This document shows, piece after piece, positions 1 to 12,100 of a stretch of 64,000 nucleotides of DNA. The notes under the pieces are model-generated. The model was not told the DNA's origin and did no database searches. It saw only the letters and a program-made list of their open reading frames with translations. Positions within the stretch are counted from its first letter, which is position 1. Each line of letters starts with the position of its first letter. This stretch comes from an uncultured delta proteobacterium (GTDB taxonomy: Bacteria > Myxococcota > Myxococcia > Myxococcales > Myxococcaceae): the NCBI GenBank assembly GCA_963771175.1, contig CAVYSY010000007.1:1-64000 (forward strand), in the 5' to 3' direction. Made by a program: the position numbers and the translations under genes.

Positions 1-467
1 GGCTGGCCTACCCCGCGGCCGCCGTCGCCGAGCTCTGGGAGCTCCAGCCCTTCCACGTGCGGATGACGACCGACCGGGCGAGCTGGAGCGACGCGCTTCA
101 GCTCGTGGTGGGCAACGGGCGCTACCACGGCGCGGGCAACATGGTGGCGCCCGACGCCACCCTGGATGACCGCCGCCTGGACGCCTACACCATCGCGGCC
201 CCCTCCTCCGAGTCCGGACGCGAGGGCACCGGGCTGGGGCACATGAGGGATCTCCACCCTGGCGCGCGTCGCGCTCTCCCTCCGCCGGGGCGAGCACGTG
301 AGCCACCCGGCCGTCGCCTCCGTGCGCTCCACGCACCTGTACGTGGACGCCGAGCCGCCGCAGGACGTCAACGCGGACGGGGAGCTCATCGGCCGCACCC
401 CGGTCCGCTTCGAGCTCGCGCCCGCGGCCCTGCGCGTCTACGTCCCCCTACTCGCACCCGGCACTGA
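1..467 (+). CDS. Diacylglycerol/lipid kinase family (YegS/BmrU-like), C-terminal part, frameshifted; end approximate
   Basis: Motifs VVGNGRYHGAG..PDATLDD and QDVNADGELIGRTPVRFELAPAALRVYVP lie in two frames joined near 250; the 5' end is outside the window. Confidence 0.8.
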   Translation, partial: LAYPAAAVAELWELQPFHVRMTTDRASWSDALQLVVGNGRYHGAGNMVAPDATLDDRRLDAYTIAAPSSESGREGTGLGHMRDLHPGARRALPPPGRAREPPGRRLRALHAPVRGRRAAAGRQRGRGAHRPHPGPLRARARGPARLRPPTRTRH

Positions 468-492
468 GCGGGGACTCCGGCCGCTCGGCGCC

Positions 493-1884
493 TTACTGGC
501 AGCTCAGCCCGCACCAGGACTTCGCCTCGGAGACGCAGAGGCTGTCCCAGGACGTATTGCAGCAATACGGGTCCGAGGCACACACCGTCGAGGCGCACGA
601 GGAGCAGGTGCTGACCAGCTTGGAGCCGGTGATGCACTCGCTGTGCGAGCAGCTCGAGGGAGGGGGGACGGCCTCGCACACGTTGCTGCTGTTACAGGTG
701 TAGCCCGTGCCGCAGGTGCCACAGCTCAGCGTGCCACCACAGCCATCCGGGATGCTGCCGCAGTTCTTCCCCTGGGCCGCGCAGGTGGTGGGCGTGCAGA
801 CGCTGCCGTCGATGGTGAGCAGCTCCGCATCGTGGCGTACGCGACGTAGGTATTGGGCTGGCGCGCCGCCGGCGATGACCACGGTGCCGTCCGTCAGCGC
901 CACGGGCGTGAGGTCCCACCGGCCGACGCTGAGCTGGCCAACGACATTCCACTTCTGCAGCGTGGGGTCGAACTGCTCGATGGCCGTCTCGCTGAAGCTA
1001 TTTCCCACCACCACCGGCTTGTCGGCGACGAGCACCAGCTCGGCGGACGAGTGGTTGCGGTTGAGCTGCGGCAGCGTCGTCCAGGTGTTCGCGGCCACGT
1101 CGTACTGCTCGACGTAGGTGTTCGTGCCGGCCACCACGACGCGCCCGTTGGAGAGGACCTCCGCCGAGGGCGAGCTGATGCCGTGGGGCAGCGACGCGCG
1201 GGTGGACCAGGTCGCGGTGGCCGGGTCATAGAGCTCCACCGAGGTCAGCGCCGAGCTCGTCGAGGAGCCGCCACCCATCACCAGGACGCGGTTGTCCGCG
1301 AGCTTCACGGCCGCATGGCGCATGCGCCCCAGGGACGGAGAGGTCGTCGCGGTCCACAGGTTGGCGGCGGGGTCGAAGAGGTACGCCGTCGTCGGGTAGC
1401 CCACGCCGCCCACCAGCAGCACCCGACCATCGGCCAGCACCGTCGCCGAGTGCCCGTACGAAGTGCGCGGCATCGGCTGCATCACGGTCCAGGTGTTCGT
1501 CGCGGGCACGTAGCGCTCCACCGAGCCCACCACGCCGCTCGCGTCGATGCCGCCCAGCACCAGCACCGAGCCATCCTTCAGCAGCGCCGCCGTGTGCGAG
1601 CGCCGGGCGGTGTTCAGCGACGCCACGAGCGTCGTCGTCTTCGTGGCCGGGTCATACAGCTCCGCCGAGGCCGTGAGCTGCCCCGAGCCGATGCCGCCGC
1701 CCACGAAGAGCACCCGACCATCCGCCAGTCGCGTCGCCGTGTGCTGGTAGCGGGCCTGCTTGAGCGGCCCCACCGACTGCACCAACTCCTGGCTCGCGGT
1801 GCCGGGCACCTCGTCGTCCGCCTGCAGGGGTCCGCATGCCCACAGCCCGACAGCCAGCACTCCCACCGCACAGGGTTTCCACAT
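493..1884 (-). CDS. Kelch-repeat (galactose oxidase-like propeller) lipoprotein with Cys-rich C-terminal domains
   Basis: Lipobox LWAC; six R..HTAT.L.DGRVL..GG...AELYDP-type repeats; C-terminal CTPTTCAAQGKNCGSIPDGCGG and CASDPYCCNTSWD modules typical of myxobacterial surface proteins. Confidence 0.85.
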   Translation of the reverse strand: MWKPCAVGVLAVGLWACGPLQADDEVPGTASQELVQSVGPLKQARYQHTATRLADGRVLFVGGGIGSGQLTASAELYDPATKTTTLVASLNTARRSHTAALLKDGSVLVLGGIDASGVVGSVERYVPATNTWTVMQPMPRTSYGHSATVLADGRVLLVGGVGYPTTAYLFDPAANLWTATTSPSLGRMRHAAVKLADNRVLVMGGGSSTSSALTSVELYDPATATWSTRASLPHGISSPSAEVLSNGRVVVAGTNTYVEQYDVAANTWTTLPQLNRNHSSAELVLVADKPVVVGNSFSETAIEQFDPTLQKWNVVGQLSVGRWDLTPVALTDGTVVIAGGAPAQYLRRVRHDAELLTIDGSVCTPTTCAAQGKNCGSIPDGCGGTLSCGTCGTGYTCNSSNVCEAVPPPSSCSHSECITGSKLVSTCSSCASTVCASDPYCCNTSWDSLCVSEAKSWCGLSCQ

Positions 1885-1988
1885 GGTTCGGTCTCCTCAA
1901 GGAATTCAGGGAAACCAGTTCTACCCCGGATGGTATTTTCCGTCAAACCTGGAACGACCGGACTTCGGACTCCAGGCGCCGCGGGGGC

Positions 1989-3021
1989 TCAGGCCTTGTC
2001 GAGGGCGAGGGAGAGCGCCTGGGCGGTGAAGTTCACCAGCGGGATGATGCGCTGGTAGTTCATCCGCGTGGGGCCGATGACGCCCACCGTGCCGAGCACC
2101 TGCTCGCGGCTGCCGTAGGGGCTGGCGATGACCGTCACGTCGCCGGCCGAGGAGAACTCGCTCTCGGTGCCGATGAAGATCTGCATCTCGCGCGCCCGCT
2201 GCACCCGGTCCAGCAGCGCCAGCAGCTTGTGCTTCTCGCCGAGCGTCTTGAAGAGCGCGCGCATGCGCTCCACGTCGGCGAACTCGGGCTGCTCCAGGAA
2301 GGAGCCGGTGCCCTCGATGAGCACGCGCTCGCCGGACTGCAGGTCCGTGGCGGCCGCGCCCAGCTTGAGCGCCTTGGCCGTCAGTGCGTTGTAGAGCGCC
2401 TGGTCCCGGTCCAGCTCGCCCCGGATGCGCTCGCGCGCCTCCTCCAGCGTCACCTCGTGCAGCAGCTCGGACAGGTAGTTGCTCGCCTTGAGCAGCTCGT
2501 CCGAGGTGACGGGGAAGTCCACCGAGAGCAGCTTGTTGTGCACCTGCCCGTTCGTGCCCCACCAGGATGGCCAGCACCCGGTCCTCCCGGAGCCGCACGA
2601 ACTCAATCCGGTAGAAGACGGCCGCGTCCGGGCGCGGGGTGACGACGACGCCCGCGTGCCGCGTGAGCGAGTGCAGCAGGCGCGAGGCCTCGCCGAGCAG
2701 TTCCTCCATGCCGGCCTCGTGCGCCAGCCCGGCGTGGATGAGCTCGCGGTCGCGCGGGGCGGGGTCCTTCAGCCGCACCATCGTATCGACGTAGAAGCGG
2801 TAGCCCCGGTCCGTCGGCACGCGGCCCGCGGAGGTGTGGGGCTTCTCGAGGAAGCCCAGCTCCTCGAGGTCCGCCAGCACGTTGCGCAGCGTGGCGGAGG
2901 ACACGTCGAACTCAGCCCGGCGCGCCAGGTGCTGACTCCCGACCGGGCCTCCGGTGGAGATGTACTCTTGAACGACGGCGCGGAGGACTTCCTTCTCGCG
3001 CTCACCCAGCTCCTCGGACAT
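1989..3021 (-). CDS. hrcA: Heat-inducible transcription repressor HrcA (frameshift near 2555)
   Basis: N-terminal SSATLRN..LEELGFLEKPHTSAGRVPTDRGYRFYVD; C-terminal GTVGVIGPTRMNY in a second frame. Confidence 0.95.
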
Positions 3022-3299
3022 CCTACCTCACGCTCCCCAATGGAGTTTCGCCCACGGTCGGCGAAAACATCGAGAATGGCACTCAAAGCTTAAGGAGGAG
3101 AAGGGAACGGTTCAATCCCCCCGCGCCAGGGCGGCGAGCGAGGGAGCCCGGGGTCCGCACCGTGCGCAGGGCCTCCCGGCCGGGCGGCCTGGAATGCCGC
3201 GCAGGAACCTGTAGGCCATCCGTCAGAGCGCTCATCCCTTGGGGTAATCCGAGGGAATACATCGCCCGGCACGGGCCAGGGCGTTAAAAGCGCGGCGCC

Positions 3300-4225
3300 T
3301 TGTCCAGCCCCGCCCCCTCTCCGACGCTCGCCGCGGCCCGCCCCCCGGCGGCCGCCGCGCCCGCGGACGCGAACAGCGGGATGCTCCTCTTCTGCCTCTT
3401 CGCGCTCTACGTCATCTGGGGCTCGACGTACCTGGCGATCCACTGGGCGCTGGAGGGGGGCTTCCCGCCCTTCCTCATGGCGGGCGTGCGCTTCCTGATC
3501 GCCGGCGCTCGTGCTCTACACGGTGCTGCGGCTGCGCGGGCACGCCAACCCCACGGCGCGCCAGTGGGGCGCGGGAGCCCTCGTCGGCTTCCTGCTGCTG
3601 GTCGTGGGCAACGGCGCGTGGTCTTCGCGCAGCAGTCGGTGCCCTCGGGCCTCGCGGCGGTCGTGGTCGGCACCGTGCCGCTGTGGGCCGCGGTCTTCGG
3701 CGGGCTGCTCGGCCAGTGGCCCGGTCGCGCCGAGCGCTGGGGCCTGGCCATCGGCTTCTGCGGCCTCATCCTGCTCAACCTCGGCAGCGACATGAGCGGC
3801 AACCCGTGGGCCGCCGTCGCCCTGCTGGTGGGCCCGGTGAGCTGGGCCTTCGGCTCCGTCTGGTCGCGCCGGCTGCCCCTGGCGCCGGGGCTCATGTCCA
3901 CCGCGACGCAGATGCTCTCCGGCGGCGTCATGTTCCTCCTGCTCAGCTTCGGCCTCGGCGAGCGCCTCCACGCCAGCCGTCCACGCGCGCCCTGCTCTCC
4001 GTGGGCTACCTCATCGTCTTCGGCTCACTGGTGGCCTTCAGCGCCTACGGCTACCTGCTGCGCAACGCGCGGCCCTCGCTCGCCACCAGCTACGCCTACG
4101 TCAACCCGATGGTGGCGGTGCTGCTCGGCACCTTCCTCGCGGGCGAGTCGCTGAGCACCTGGGGCCTGCTCGCCATGGGGGCCATCCTCGGCGCGGTGGT
4201 GCTGCTCACCCGCGCCAGGCGCTGA
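3300..4225 (+). CDS. DMT/EamA family transporter (YedA-like), several frameshifts
   Basis: LYVIWGSTYLAI, PPFLMAGVRFLIAG, YLIVFGSLVAFSAYGYLL, SYAYVNPMVAV across three ORFs. Confidence 0.85.
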
Positions 4226-4354
4226 CACCTCGTACCTCCGGAGTGTCATCACGCGGACGTGACACGCCCGCGTGCCGTTGGTTCCGGCGGGGTGCGTTCC
4301 TAGTGTCCGCGACGCCCTGGCATTGCCGCCCGGCGCGAAAGGACTCCGTACCCC

Positions 4355-5780
<1,426 letters not shown>

Positions 5781-5900
5781 GCCGTCCCGAGGACCCCCGG
5801 CTCCACGCGGGGTGAAACGCCGACGGTTTCCCATGTCAGGGCAAACCGGGATACTGGGCGCGCGAATCACCTCTCGCCCCCCACTCTCCCGGAGCCCTTC

Positions 5901-7278
5901 ATGTCCCTGCTTCACGCGCCCTCGGCACGGCGGCTGCTCGGTGTCCTGCTGCTCTCCCTGGCCTCCCTGGCGCACGCCGCCGAGCCGAGCGCCAAGGCAC
6001 CCGGAACACCCTTCCCCAAGGAGCTCCTCCACCCCCGGGAGCTCTTCTACACGGTGCTGCTCGTTCCACCCGACCGAGCCCAAGGGCGACGTGGTGGCCG
6101 AGGCGAACAAGCTGCTGGCCGAGAAGTACAAGGAGCTGAGCGGCGCGTGGAAGCCCGACGCACCGCAGCCCGAGGTCATGGTGGAGAAGGTGACCCAGGA
6201 GGAGCTGGGCCCCATCGACGAGGAGCTGCTGCGCTACTTCGGCCGGAGGCTGGAGCCCGAGGCTCGCAAGCGCCTCCTCGGGGCGAAGCACGCCACGTCG
6301 TTGTCCTTCCACGTGCCGTTCGCGAAGCGCAACGAGTCGCTCCTGGCGGCCATGCGCTTCGCCCATCAGCTCGCCTCCGAGCGCGGCGCCCTCCTCTGGG
6401 ACGCCGAGACGCGCGAGTACTTCTCCCCCAAGAGCTGGAAGGAGATGCGGCTGGATGGCTGGACCGGCGGCGTGCCCTCGGTGTCCTCGCACATCACGAT
6501 GCACGTGTACGACTCGGGGGCGGGCAAGCGCATCATCACGCTCGGGATGGTGAAGCTCGGCCTTCCGGACCTCGTGGTGCAGGACGTGCCGGGCTCGATC
6601 AGCAACGACATGGGGAGGCTCGTCAACGGCGTCGCGCAGCTCCTGGCCGAGGGGCTCGAGCCGGCCGCGAATGGAGAGCTGCCGGTGGACCTGGCGCGCG
6701 TGAAGGACGCCAAGATGCAGAAGCAGCTCGCGGCGGACGACCCGAAGACGGCTCGCCGGAGCGCGAAGCTGTGGGCCATCGAGGGCCGTCGCGACAAGGG
6801 AGATCCGGAGAACTACCTGCTGGAGCTCGCCTTCCCGGGCAGCGGGAAGACGCACGCAAGGCAGCTCACGGCGCTCGACGCGCTGTTCGGCAAGAAGCCC
6901 GACTCCCTCGTGAACGCGCCAAAGGACGACCCGGAGCTGGCGGAGGTGACACGCAAGGCGCTCATCCGGCTGAAGGAGCTGCGCCCGCGCGTGGTGAAGG
7001 GGCTGCAGTCTCCCGAGACGCTCCTGGTCAAGGCGGGCTTCCGCACCGATGACGGCAACCTCGAGTACATGTGGATGGAGGTCACCGGCTGGGAGAAGGA
7101 CAAGCTGCGCGGGACGTTGGCCAACGAGCCCTTCAACGTGAGCGCGCTGCGCCGGGGCTCCCCCGTGGAGGTCACCGAGTCCCAGGTGGCCGACTACCTC
7201 TACATGAACCCCACCGGCACACGGGAGGGCGGCGAGAGCAGCCGCATCCTCATGCGCCGCGAAGGCCAGGGGCAGTGA
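5901..7278 (+). CDS. Secreted protein with C-terminal DUF2314 (YegJ-like) domain, frameshift near 6065
   Basis: Signal peptide in ORF 5901 (LLGVLLLSLASLAHA); TLGMVKLGLPDL and EYMWMEV..W....RGTLANEP motifs in ORF 5812-7278. Confidence 0.7.
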
Positions 7279-7279
7279 C

Positions 7280-8731
7280 ATGAAGACGAAGCGCATCCAG
7301 AAGCTCGGAGGCCTGGGGCTGCTCGCCGCCAGCCTGCTCGGAGGGACGGCCCACGCCGACTGGCGGGGAGCCGTCTGTGGGTGGGGGGCGGACGACTGCA
7401 ACCGGTGCGTGCCCGACGCGGTGGCCGCCGTGAACGGCCTGCGTGACCACGGGGACGTGCTCGGCTTCTTCCCAATCGGCGACCCGGTGACGCTGTTCAA
7501 CCACTGGCAGGGCATCCAGCGCCTGCCCGCCGCCGGAGGCCGCCACCTCGCCGTCTCGCACTCCGGCACGACCAAGGCCTTCACGGTGGTGGAGATGGGC
7601 TCTCGCGACACGGGGGGCGCCCGCTTCCGCTCCAACCGTCTCGCCGCGGGCAGCTCCTATCCCGCCACCCCGCCCTCCAGCGCGGACCGCGCCTTCACCG
7701 ACGTGTGGCTCCAGGGTCTGAGCTACACCCACTCCGGGGGCATGCAGGCCGTGGGCAACCTCCTCGCCGTGTCGCTGGAGTCGAGCCCGGAGGGGGCGAA
7801 CGGCCGCGTCCAGCTCTACGACCTGAGCACGCCCTGGAGCCCCAGGCTCCTCACCGCGGGCCAGTCCGGCCTGACGAAGGAGGCGGGCACGGCCTCGCTG
7901 GCGAAGCTCTCGGACGGAGCCTTCCTGCTCATCCTCGGGCAGGCGAACGCCAACAACCTCGAGTTCTACCGCTCGACGAGCCCGGACCCGCGGCTGGAGA
8001 CGACGGGCTTCACGCCGCTGGACACGTGGAACGAGCGCGAGCTGCTCTCGTCCATCAGCGACTGGGAGTTCGGCAACTACCAGAACCTCAACCTGGTGAC
8101 CCAGTGTGACGGCACCCTCTTCCTCGCGGGAACGCACCTGGACTCGACCACGGGGCAGGATTGGGTCGACCTGTACCGGGTGACGGAGCAGAACGGACAG
8201 GCGCTCCTCACCAAGGTGGCGAAGAGGCATCTGTACTGCGGCTATCCCTCACCCGGTTACGACAGTGGCACCAACCGGCACTGCAACCTGGACGCCGCGG
8301 GCGGCATCTACGTGGACCCGTGGGGGCAGCTCATCGTCTACGGCACCGAGCACGACAACGACGGGCCGAGCGGCTCGGTGAAGATGATGGAGTTCCGCTC
8401 CACCTTCCCCAACGCCGAGTGTGAGAGCAACCTCCAGCAGGCCTTCGTCGAGCTGTACGACGACTCCGACTTCAGCGACCGGGGACTGATGATCGACTAC
8501 CCCGACTATGGGAAGGAGGACTACTCCAACTTCAACTCCATCGAGGGCTTCAACGACAAGACCTCGGCGGTGCGCTACTGCCTGCCGTACGGATGGAGGT
8601 TCCGCCTGTACGAGCACAGCGGCTTCCAGGGCAGCTACCGGGAGCTCAATGGCCGAGGCTCGTTGAACCTCAACAACGTGAGCTTCGGAGACAAGACCTC
8701 CTCGGGACGCTTCATCTACCTGGGCTACTGA
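7280..8731 (+). CDS. Secreted protein, probable beta-propeller plus C-terminal beta/gamma-crystallin domain
   Basis: Signal peptide ending AHA; FNDKTSAVR, RLYEHSGFQG and FGDKTSS Greek-key motifs. Confidence 0.7.
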   Translation: MKTKRIQKLGGLGLLAASLLGGTAHADWRGAVCGWGADDCNRCVPDAVAAVNGLRDHGDVLGFFPIGDPVTLFNHWQGIQRLPAAGGRHLAVSHSGTTKAFTVVEMGSRDTGGARFRSNRLAAGSSYPATPPSSADRAFTDVWLQGLSYTHSGGMQAVGNLLAVSLESSPEGANGRVQLYDLSTPWSPRLLTAGQSGLTKEAGTASLAKLSDGAFLLILGQANANNLEFYRSTSPDPRLETTGFTPLDTWNERELLSSISDWEFGNYQNLNLVTQCDGTLFLAGTHLDSTTGQDWVDLYRVTEQNGQALLTKVAKRHLYCGYPSPGYDSGTNRHCNLDAAGGIYVDPWGQLIVYGTEHDNDGPSGSVKMMEFRSTFPNAECESNLQQAFVELYDDSDFSDRGLMIDYPDYGKEDYSNFNSIEGFNDKTSAVRYCLPYGWRFRLYEHSGFQGSYRELNGRGSLNLNNVSFGDKTSSGRFIYLGY

Positions 8732-8791
8732 GCCAACCCAGGGAAGTCCCTTCAGGGGCAGAACGCGCCAAGGACTTGTGAGTCATGGCTA

Positions 8792-9063
8792 GAGACCCAC
8801 CGGCCTCTCGGTCGCGCTCGTCACCAACTTGTCCACTTGGTGTACAGGTTGCGCGTGAACGAGCCCGGCGGGTCCCCCTGGTCCTCTGAGACCCACCGGC
8901 CTCCCGGCCACGTTCCGCAAAAACCTGTCCGACAGTCGGACAGGTTTCTGAAGACCGAGCCCGGCGGGTCCCCTGTCATTGAAGACCCGCCGGCCTTCCG
9001 GTCGCGCTCGTCACCAACTTGTCCACTAAGTGTACAAGTTGCGCCAGAACGCGCCCGGACCCC
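8792..9063. repeat. Three tandem ~90-95 bp palindromic units (REP/BIME-like)
   Basis: 25-bp palindromic cores at 8826-8850, 8922-8946 and 9016-9040, each preceded by GACCC(A/G)CCGGCC; units 1 and 2 are closed by CCGGCGGGTC; located between convergent genes. Confidence 0.9.
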
Positions 9064-9167
9064 CTGCTTCCGAGACTCGTTCGGAGGCCAGGCCTGACTC
9101 GCTTCGGCTGGCATGGGAACCCGGCGCGAGGTGCGTGGACCTCACGCCGGGGCCTCATCCGCTCAAC

Positions 9168-12100
9168 TCACTTCCAGGTGTCGTTGAGGCTCACGGAGCC
9201 GGTGGCGGGAGTGGTGTAGAGACGGTTGGCGCCGCTCTCCCAGGTGACGTTCCCGCTGCCGTCCTTCTTGATGTACTTGTACTCGATGGCCGTCGAGCCG
9301 GGCAGGCTCAGGGTCACGCTCCACGTCGGGTAGTTGGCCGGCGAGAGCTGGATGGCGGAGCCGGTGTTCCAGCTCCCGAGCGCGGCGATGTTGCCCACGA
9401 CGTAGATGTTCTGGCCGACCACGGTGCTGGCCGTCTCGTTGAAGGTGACGGTGGCGCCGGTGGTGCTGGTGGTGACGTTCAGGGCCGTGCTCTGGGCCGA
9501 GGTGTTGCCCACGGTGTCCCGCGCCCGCACCGTGTAGCTGTAGGTGGAGCCGGCGGTCAGCCCGGTGTCGGTGTAGCCATTGGACGAGGGCGAGCCCACC
9601 AGGGAGCCGCCGCGGTACACGTCATAACCGGCGATGCCGCTGGAGTCCGTGGAGGCCGTCCACGAGAGCGAGACGGAGGTGGCCGTCTTGGAGGAGACCG
9701 TCAGCCCGGTGGGCACGCTCGGCGCGGTGGTGTCCGAGGACGGAGCGCCCGCGGTGATGGTGCCGGCGTTGAAGGTCTGCGTGCCCGCGGGGATGAAGTA
9801 GTTGAGCCCGCCGTTGTTGTCCCAGGTGCCGCTGCCGTTGTTGAAGACGCACTCGAGCTGCGTGGCCGAGCCGAGGTTGACGGTGTACTTCGCGTAGCCG
9901 GCCACCTCCGAGTCGGGCATGGCGACACCGGGGGCGGTCGTCCACGTGCCACCCGCGGGGCGGTAGTGGATGTAGGGCGTGGAGAAGCCCTTCTTGTAAT
10001 AGACGGTGACGGAGTTGCCCGCGCTGGTGGTGACGTTCAGGGTGGAGCTGGCCACCGAGGTGTTGCCCGCCGCGTCGCGCGCCTTCACGGTGTAGCTGTA
10101 CGCCGTGCTCGCGGCCAGCCCGCTGTCCGTGTAGCTGGTGCTCGTGGGCGAGCCCACCTGCGTGCCGTTGCGGAAGACGAGGTAGCCCGTGACGCCCACG
10201 TTGTCCGTCGACGCCGTCCACGAGAGCGAAACGGACGAGGACGTCTTCGAGGGCGAGGTGAGACCGCCGGGGACGGTGGGCGCCGTCGTGTCGACCACCG
10301 GAGCGCCCGCGGTGATGGTGCCGGCGTTGAAGGTGGAGGTGCCCGTGGGGAAGAAGTAGTTGGTGCCGTTGTTGTTGTCCCAGGTGCCGCTGCCATTGTT
10401 GAAGACGCACTCGAGCTGCGTGGCCGAACCCAGGTTGACGGTGTACTTGGCGTAACCGGACACCTCCGAGTCGGGCATGGGGTAACCGGGGGCGGTCGTC
10501 CACGTGCCGCCCGCGGGCCGGAAGTGGATGTAGGGCGTGGCGAAGCCCTTCTTGTAATAGACGGTGGCGGTATTGCCCGCGCCCGTGGTGGCGCTCACGG
10601 GGGAGCTGGACGCCGAGGTGTTGCCCGCCGCGTCCTTCGCCCTCGCGACGTAGCTGTACGAGGTGCTCGGCGACAGCCCGGTGTCCGTGTAGCTCGTGCC
10701 CGTGACGGAGGCGACCAGCGAGCCATTGCGGTACACGTCATAGCCGGCGACGCCGTAGTTGTCGGTGGAGGCCGTCCACACCAGCGCCACCGAGGAGCTC
10801 GTCGTGCCCGAGACCGTCAGGCCCGTGGGCACCGAGGGCGCGGTGGTGTCCGGCGCCAGGGTGGTGACGGTGAGCGCCGCGCTGGCCGCCGAGGTGTTGC
10901 CCGCCGCGTCCTGGGCCTTCACGGTGTAGCTGTACGCCGTGCTCGCGGTCAGCCCGCTGTCGGTGTAGCCCGTCGTGGTGCTCGTGCCCACCTGCGTGCC
11001 GTTGCGGAAGACGAGTGTAGCCCGTCACCGCCACGTTGTCCGAGGCCGCACTCCAGGAGAGCGTCACCGACTTGTCGGTCTTCGCGGACGCCGTCAGCCC
11101 CGAGGGCGCCGAGGGCGCGGTGGTGTCCACCACCAGGAACGGATACGTGCCCTGCACCGTGCCATTGATGTCCTCGACATACTTGCCGCCGACCAGGTTG
11201 TACCGGCCCGCGCCGACGTAGACGGACTGGAGCTCGCTCCGGGTGACGTTGCCGCGGCTGTCAGTGGCCTCGATGTAGTAATCGAGCAGCTGGTCGCGGT
11301 AGTTGCCCAGGTAGACGTAGTAGAGGTCGCCGATCTCCTGCGCGGGCACCTTCGCCATGACGGGCAGGTAGGTGGGCTGCCACGAGACGCCGTTGATGAC
11401 GGGCTTCAAGTCCCTCCGGGTCAACGGGTAGTCCACCCAGGCGCCCACGCGCGTGGTGTCGATGTTGGGCACGCCCGCGGCCTTGAGCGCGGCGGGGTCA
11501 TACACCTTGTGGGTGTTGTCCAGCGGGTCGATGCTCTTGTTGGTGTGCACGCGGACGCGGGCCTTGATGCTGGTGATGCCATTCACGTCGTACGCGTAGG
11601 TGTAGAGGGCGAAGGTGTTGCTGAAGTGGTGGAGCGTCCAGCCCTCGGACTTGTCCGTGTTGGCGCTGCCGGGGTTGTAGGGCCAGCGCTGCGGCCACCA
11701 GACGGACGGGCCGGTGCGGTCCTGCGTGAGCCGGTCCTGCACGTAGGGCTTGGAGAAGTAGAGCGATTGGTTGAAGGACAGCGAGGGCTTGACGATGTCG
11801 TCCTGGTTCTCGTCGTAGTAGCCGAAGCCCGAGTCCATGGCCGGCAGCAGGAAGTACCAGGACAGCTCGGCGGGGTTGGCGCCACCCGCCCAGTCGTTGT
11901 TCGCGTCACCCTTCACCGGGAAGGCCATCATCCACGGGTTGAGCTGGTTGCCCGAGAGGGTGACCTGGCTGTCGAGCGCGGTGCTCGGCTTCCAGTGGTT
12001 GGGGTGGGCGTCGAGCCAGATCTGCTCGGCCGTCTTCGCGTAGTTGAGGGCGGCCTGGAGCAGGGCGAAGTTGCGCTCCAGGTAGTGCCAGCCGTACTCC

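Noticed and set aside
3077..3102. CIRCE operator upstream of hrcA
   Set aside because: Only a half-site (TGGCACTC) is present; the second arm after the 9-nt spacer does not match
4226..4354. Sigma54 promoter for glnA
   Set aside because: GGCA-like words occur, but none has a correctly spaced TTGC box
8820..9046. Integron attC sites (AAC...GTT hairpins)
   Set aside because: No ORF cassettes lie between units, there is no integrase, and the AAC/GTT pair bounds only a 25-bp core
8792..9063. CRISPR array
   Set aside because: The sequence between palindromic cores is itself repeated rather than unique spacer, the period (~95 bp) is too long, and there are no cas genes in the window
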